A DNA stretch of 64,000 bases, taken from Rhizobacter sp. (lineage in GTDB: Bacteria; Pseudomonadota; Gammaproteobacteria; Burkholderiales; Burkholderiaceae_C). The notes beneath the pieces are model-generated. The model saw only the letters and a program-made list of their open reading frames with translations, did not search any database and was not told where the DNA came from. Numbering within the stretch: position 1 is the first letter of the stretch; every line of letters starts with the position of its first letter. The DNA lies in contig JAMLIM010000008.1 in the NCBI GenBank assembly GCA_023954175.1, forward strand, positions 12,623 to 76,622, written 5' to 3'. Made by a program: the position numbers and the translations under genes. Of this stretch, positions 60,676 through 64,000 are shown piece by piece.

Positions 60676-60874
60676 CGGGTCGGTCGTGTTCCGCACCGAC
60701 TGTAGCGCGGCGCCCGGCCCCGCCGCGGGCAGAGCGACCTGCTTCGCCCGCCCCGGGCAAAGGCCAAGGCCCGCGTCCGCACGGCGCGTGGAATCCGTCG
60801 CGCGGGGCGGGGTTTTCGATGGTGCAACCGCCACCAGGCGCGCGTCCCGGCGTGTCAGACTCCACTGCGCCGCC

Positions 60875-62038
60875 ATGCAAACCCAGACCCTCGTCCTGCT
60901 GCTCGCGATCAACATGATCTGCTCGGGCGGTCTGTACTACCTGATCGTGCGCCAGATGCCACCCGGCAGCGGGCTCGGCCTGTGGTCGGCGGCGGCGATC
61001 CTGTTCGGCGGCGCCTACCTGATGCGGATGATCGAAGGGCTCCACCAGCCGACGCTTGCCTCGCCGGTGCTCGACGTCGTGATGGTCGCAGCAGCGGCGA
61101 TGTTCCTGGCCGGCCTGCGCGAGTTCCTCGGCCGGCGCAGCGTCAACTGGGCGGCGGTCGCGATCGGTGCCGCGGCGTATGCGGTGGTGCTCGGCCTGGC
61201 GAACCTGGCTTGGGGGGCGCAGGGCCGCTACGTGCTGCTCAACGGCGCGCTGGGCGCCATCTGGCTCGCCTTCGGCGCGACGGCCGCCCGTTCGCTGTGG
61301 CGCGGCGACGACCCGGCGATGCGCGCGCCGATGGCGGTCGCCGCGCTGCTCATCGGCACGCTCGGCGTGCTGACGCTGCTGCGCGGCGCAGTCATCGCGA
61401 TCGTCGGCACCGAGTCGATGTACGGCACGACGCCCTCCGCCATTTACTACATCTACGCCTCGATCGCCGTGATCCTGCAGACGATGAACTTCCTGTGGAT
61501 GGTGTTCCTGCGCCTGCAGACGCGGCTCGCCGAGCTGGCGAGCCACGACGCGCTGACGCGCTTGCTCAATCGCAACGGGCTCGACGAGCAGCTCCAGCGC
61601 CACTTCGCGCGGCGCGAGACGCAGCCGGTGACGCTGCTGCAGCTCGACGTCGACCACTTCAAGCGCATCAACGACGCGCACGGGCACGCGGTCGGCGATG
61701 TGGTGCTGCAGGCGGTCGCCGGCGCGCTCACCGCGCATGTGCGTGGCGGCGACTTCGTCGCCCGCGTCGGCGGCGAGGAGTTCGTGATCGGATGCGTCGG
61801 CGGCGGCCGGGCGGCGGCCGAGGCGCTCGCCGAGCGCGTGCGCGCAAGCGTCGGCGCGTTGCGGATCGAGACGCCCGGCGCCGCACCGCAGACGGTGGGC
61901 TGCACCGTCAGCATCGGCGTCTCGCGCGAGTTCGCGTCGCTCGACCGCTGGGAGATGGCCTGGCGCGAGGCCGACAACGCGCTCTACAGCGCCAAGCAGG
62001 GCGGGCGCAACCGCGTCGCGATGTACGCGCCGGCCTGA
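60875..62038 (+). CDS. membrane-anchored diguanylate cyclase (GGDEF domain)
   Basis: An N-terminal region of about 6 TM helices, then [26 protein letters not shown], and [14 protein letters not shown] (an RxxD I-site 5 residues before GGEEF). ATG at 60875. Confidence 0.88.
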   Translation: MQTQTLVLLLAINMICSGGLYYLIVRQMPPGSGLGLWSAAAILFGGAYLMRMIEGLHQPTLASPVLDVVMVAAAAMFLAGLREFLGRRSVNWAAVAIGAAAYAVVLGLANLAWGAQGRYVLLNGALGAIWLAFGATAARSLWRGDDPAMRAPMAVAALLIGTLGVLTLLRGAVIAIVGTESMYGTTPSAIYYIYASIAVILQTMNFLWMVFLRLQTRLAELASHDALTRLLNRNGLDEQLQRHFARRETQPVTLLQLDVDHFKRINDAHGHAVGDVVLQAVAGALTAHVRGGDFVARVGGEEFVIGCVGGGRAAAEALAERVRASVGALRIETPGAAPQTVGCTVSIGVSREFASLDRWEMAWREADNALYSAKQGGRNRVAMYAPA

Positions 62039-62193
62039 TTCCGGGGCGCCGCTGCCTTCGCGCCGCGGTGCCCTCGTGCTGCCAAGAGGTCGTGCGCTTC
62101 GCGGCCGCGTGGCGTGGTGAAACAGTGCGCTGGCAGCCGCAGGCGCCACTTCCTACAATCGACGCCGCCCCTCACTGCGGCCGACCCGACACC

Positions 62194-63111
62194 ATGAGCA
62201 CCCCTTCCCGCGACGCGACAGACCATTCGCTGGCCCACCTCGCCCCGCGCGACAAGGCCGAGATCCTGGCCCAGGCACTGCCCTACATCCGCCAGTTCCA
62301 TGGCAAGACGATCGTCATCAAGTACGGCGGCAACGCGATGACGGACCCCGGCTTGCAGCAGGATTTCGCGGAGGATGTCGTGCTGCTCAAGCTCGTCGGC
62401 ATGAACCCGGTCGTCGTGCACGGCGGCGGCCCGCAGATCGAGGAGGCGCTCTCGCGCCTGGGCAAGAAGGGCAGCTTCATCCAGGGCATGCGCGTGACCG
62501 ACGCCGAGACGATGGAAGTCGTCGAATGGGTGCTCGCCGGGCAGGTGCAGCAGGACATCGTCGGCCTGATCAACGTCGCCGGCGGCAAGGCGGTCGGGCT
62601 GACCGGGCGCGACGGCGGGCTGATCCGCGCGCGCAAGCTGAAGATGGTCGACCTGAAGGACCCGAGCATCGAGCACGACGTCGGCCAGGTGGGCGAGATT
62701 GAATCGATCGACCCGAGCGTCGTGCGTGCGCTGCAGGACGATCAGTTCATCCCCGTCATCTCGCCGCTCGGCTTCGGCGCCGACAACGAGAACTACAACA
62801 TCAACGCCGACGTCGTCGCCGGCAAGCTCGCCGAAGTGCTCAAGGCCGAGAAGCTGATGATGCTGACGAACACGCCGGGCGTGCTCGACAAGAACGGCAC
62901 GCTGCTGACGAACCTGTCGGCACGCGAGATCGACGGACTGTTCGCAGACGGCACGCTGTCCGGCGGCATGCTGCCCAAGATCGCCTCCGCGCTCGATGCC
63001 GCCAAGAGCGGCGTCCACAGCGTGCACATCATCGACGGCCGCGTGCCACATTCGATGCTGCTCGAGATCCTGACCGATCAGGCGTACGGGACGATGATCC
63101 GGTCGCATTGA
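62194..63111 (+). CDS. argB: acetylglutamate kinase
   Basis: [28 protein letters not shown]..., [29 protein letters not shown]. Confidence 0.96.
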   Translation: MSTPSRDATDHSLAHLAPRDKAEILAQALPYIRQFHGKTIVIKYGGNAMTDPGLQQDFAEDVVLLKLVGMNPVVVHGGGPQIEEALSRLGKKGSFIQGMRVTDAETMEVVEWVLAGQVQQDIVGLINVAGGKAVGLTGRDGGLIRARKLKMVDLKDPSIEHDVGQVGEIESIDPSVVRALQDDQFIPVISPLGFGADNENYNINADVVAGKLAEVLKAEKLMMLTNTPGVLDKNGTLLTNLSAREIDGLFADGTLSGGMLPKIASALDAAKSGVHSVHIIDGRVPHSMLLEILTDQAYGTMIRSH

Positions 63112-63136
63112 TGTTGGCCCCCAGGCTCGCGGCTGC

Positions 63137-63841
63137 ATGGCAATCGTGAGGCCGACCCGCGAGCGCGTCTGGCTGTTCGACCTCGACAACACGCTGCACA
63201 ACGCGTCGCATGCGGCGTTCGGCGGCATCAACGGCGCGATGACGGCCTACATCGTGCGCGAGCTGTCGATGACGCCGCCCGAGGCCGACGCGCTGCGCCG
63301 CGGCTACTGGCTGCGCTACGGTGCGACGCTGCTCGGCCTCGTGCGCCACCACGGCGTGCGCGCCGCGCACTTCCTGCACCACACGCACGTGCTGCCCGGG
63401 CTCGAGGACGCGGTGCACGGCCATCCGCACGACATCGCCGTGCTGCACCGGCTGCCCGGCCGCAAGTACATCCTGACCAACGCGCCGCGCGCCTACACCG
63501 AGCGCGTGCTCGGTGTGCTCGGCATCGGCCGCTTCTTCGATGGCGTGATCGCGATCGAGGACATGCGCATGTTCGGCGATCTGCGCCCCAAGCCGGATGC
63601 GCGCATGCTGCGCCGGCTCGCGGTGCGGCTCGGCGTGCAGCCGTCGCGCTGCGTGCTGATCGAGGACACGCTCGTGCATCAGAAGTCGGCGCGCAGCATC
63701 GGCATGGGCACGGTGTGGATGCAGCGCTGGGCGCGGCAGGCGGCGCGCGCGCTGCCGACAGCGAAGAACCATGCGATGCGCCCGGCCTATGTCGATCGCC
63801 GCATCACGCGGCTGCGCGAACTGCTGCACCGCGCGAAATAA
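63137..63841 (+). CDS. HAD-IA pyrimidine 5'-nucleotidase-like hydrolase
   Basis: VWLFDLDNTLHNAS (motif I DxDxT), ILTNAP (motif II), KPD and LIEDTLVHQKSA (motif III/IV region). Confidence 0.82.
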   Translation: MAIVRPTRERVWLFDLDNTLHNASHAAFGGINGAMTAYIVRELSMTPPEADALRRGYWLRYGATLLGLVRHHGVRAAHFLHHTHVLPGLEDAVHGHPHDIAVLHRLPGRKYILTNAPRAYTERVLGVLGIGRFFDGVIAIEDMRMFGDLRPKPDARMLRRLAVRLGVQPSRCVLIEDTLVHQKSARSIGMGTVWMQRWARQAARALPTAKNHAMRPAYVDRRITRLRELLHRAK

Positions 63842-63954
63842 GTCCTGCCCGCGCACGAGGAAGTTGGTGTTTACCTGCAGCGGGACCCCTGCCGGGCGTG
63901 TGCAAGAATTCGTCCGACCTTGCCGCCGCCCCCCACAGCCGAGCTTCCCCGACG

Positions 63955-64000
63955 ATGCCCGAGACGACCGAAGACGACACGCCCGACGACGCTGAAGCCG
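63955..64000 (+). CDS. possible start of the next CDS (acidic N-terminus MPETTEDDTPDDAEA...), product not determinable
   Basis: ATG at 63955 with an open frame to the window edge. Only 15 codons are visible. Confidence 0.25.
   Translation, partial: MPETTEDDTPDDAEA

Overview
This is a very GC-rich, gene-dense chromosomal segment with about 60 CDS. The proteins and gene order look betaproteobacterial, Burkholderiales-type: an SAH-riboswitch-ahcY-metF unit, dusB-fis-purH-ruvC, and PEP-CTERM proteins. Most of it is core metabolism. It includes dapF, a lipid A acyltransferase, and a methyl-cycle and folate neighbourhood (metK, ahcY, tlyA, metF, two 5-formyl-THF cyclo-ligases). It also includes slt, a CoA-dependent aromatic-acid cluster, gshA, a 10-gene Mrp-type antiporter operon, and a Tat/GMC dehydrogenase pair. 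Further along are an amidase-MFS pair, htpG behind a textbook sigma-32 promoter, and a patatin-phasin-fatty acyl-CoA reductase group. The right end holds a CDF metal exporter, a GGDEF protein and argB. I saw no rRNA, tRNA, CRISPR array, transposase, integrase or phage genes, and no recognisable defence or toxin-antitoxin system. The items most worth a second look are listed here. (1) A frameshift detaches the catalytic C-terminus of the aryl-CoA ligase and fuses the gene in frame to the next thioesterase. (2) The Mrp cluster is atypical, with order E-F-G-B'-B-C-D-D-x-D and no full-length MrpA. (3) A 1.1-kb gene-free island between srkA and ruvC holds five 42-nt tandem repeats and a foldback element of about 545 bp. 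(4) A 191-nt element closed by an inverted repeat lies downstream of htpG. (5) Several His-rich protein segments are encoded by short tandem DNA repeats. All calls rest on reading the translations and the DNA by eye. No searches were run, and start codons are best guesses. The many long Arg/Ala/Pro-rich ORFs in the six-frame track are high-GC artefacts and were not called.
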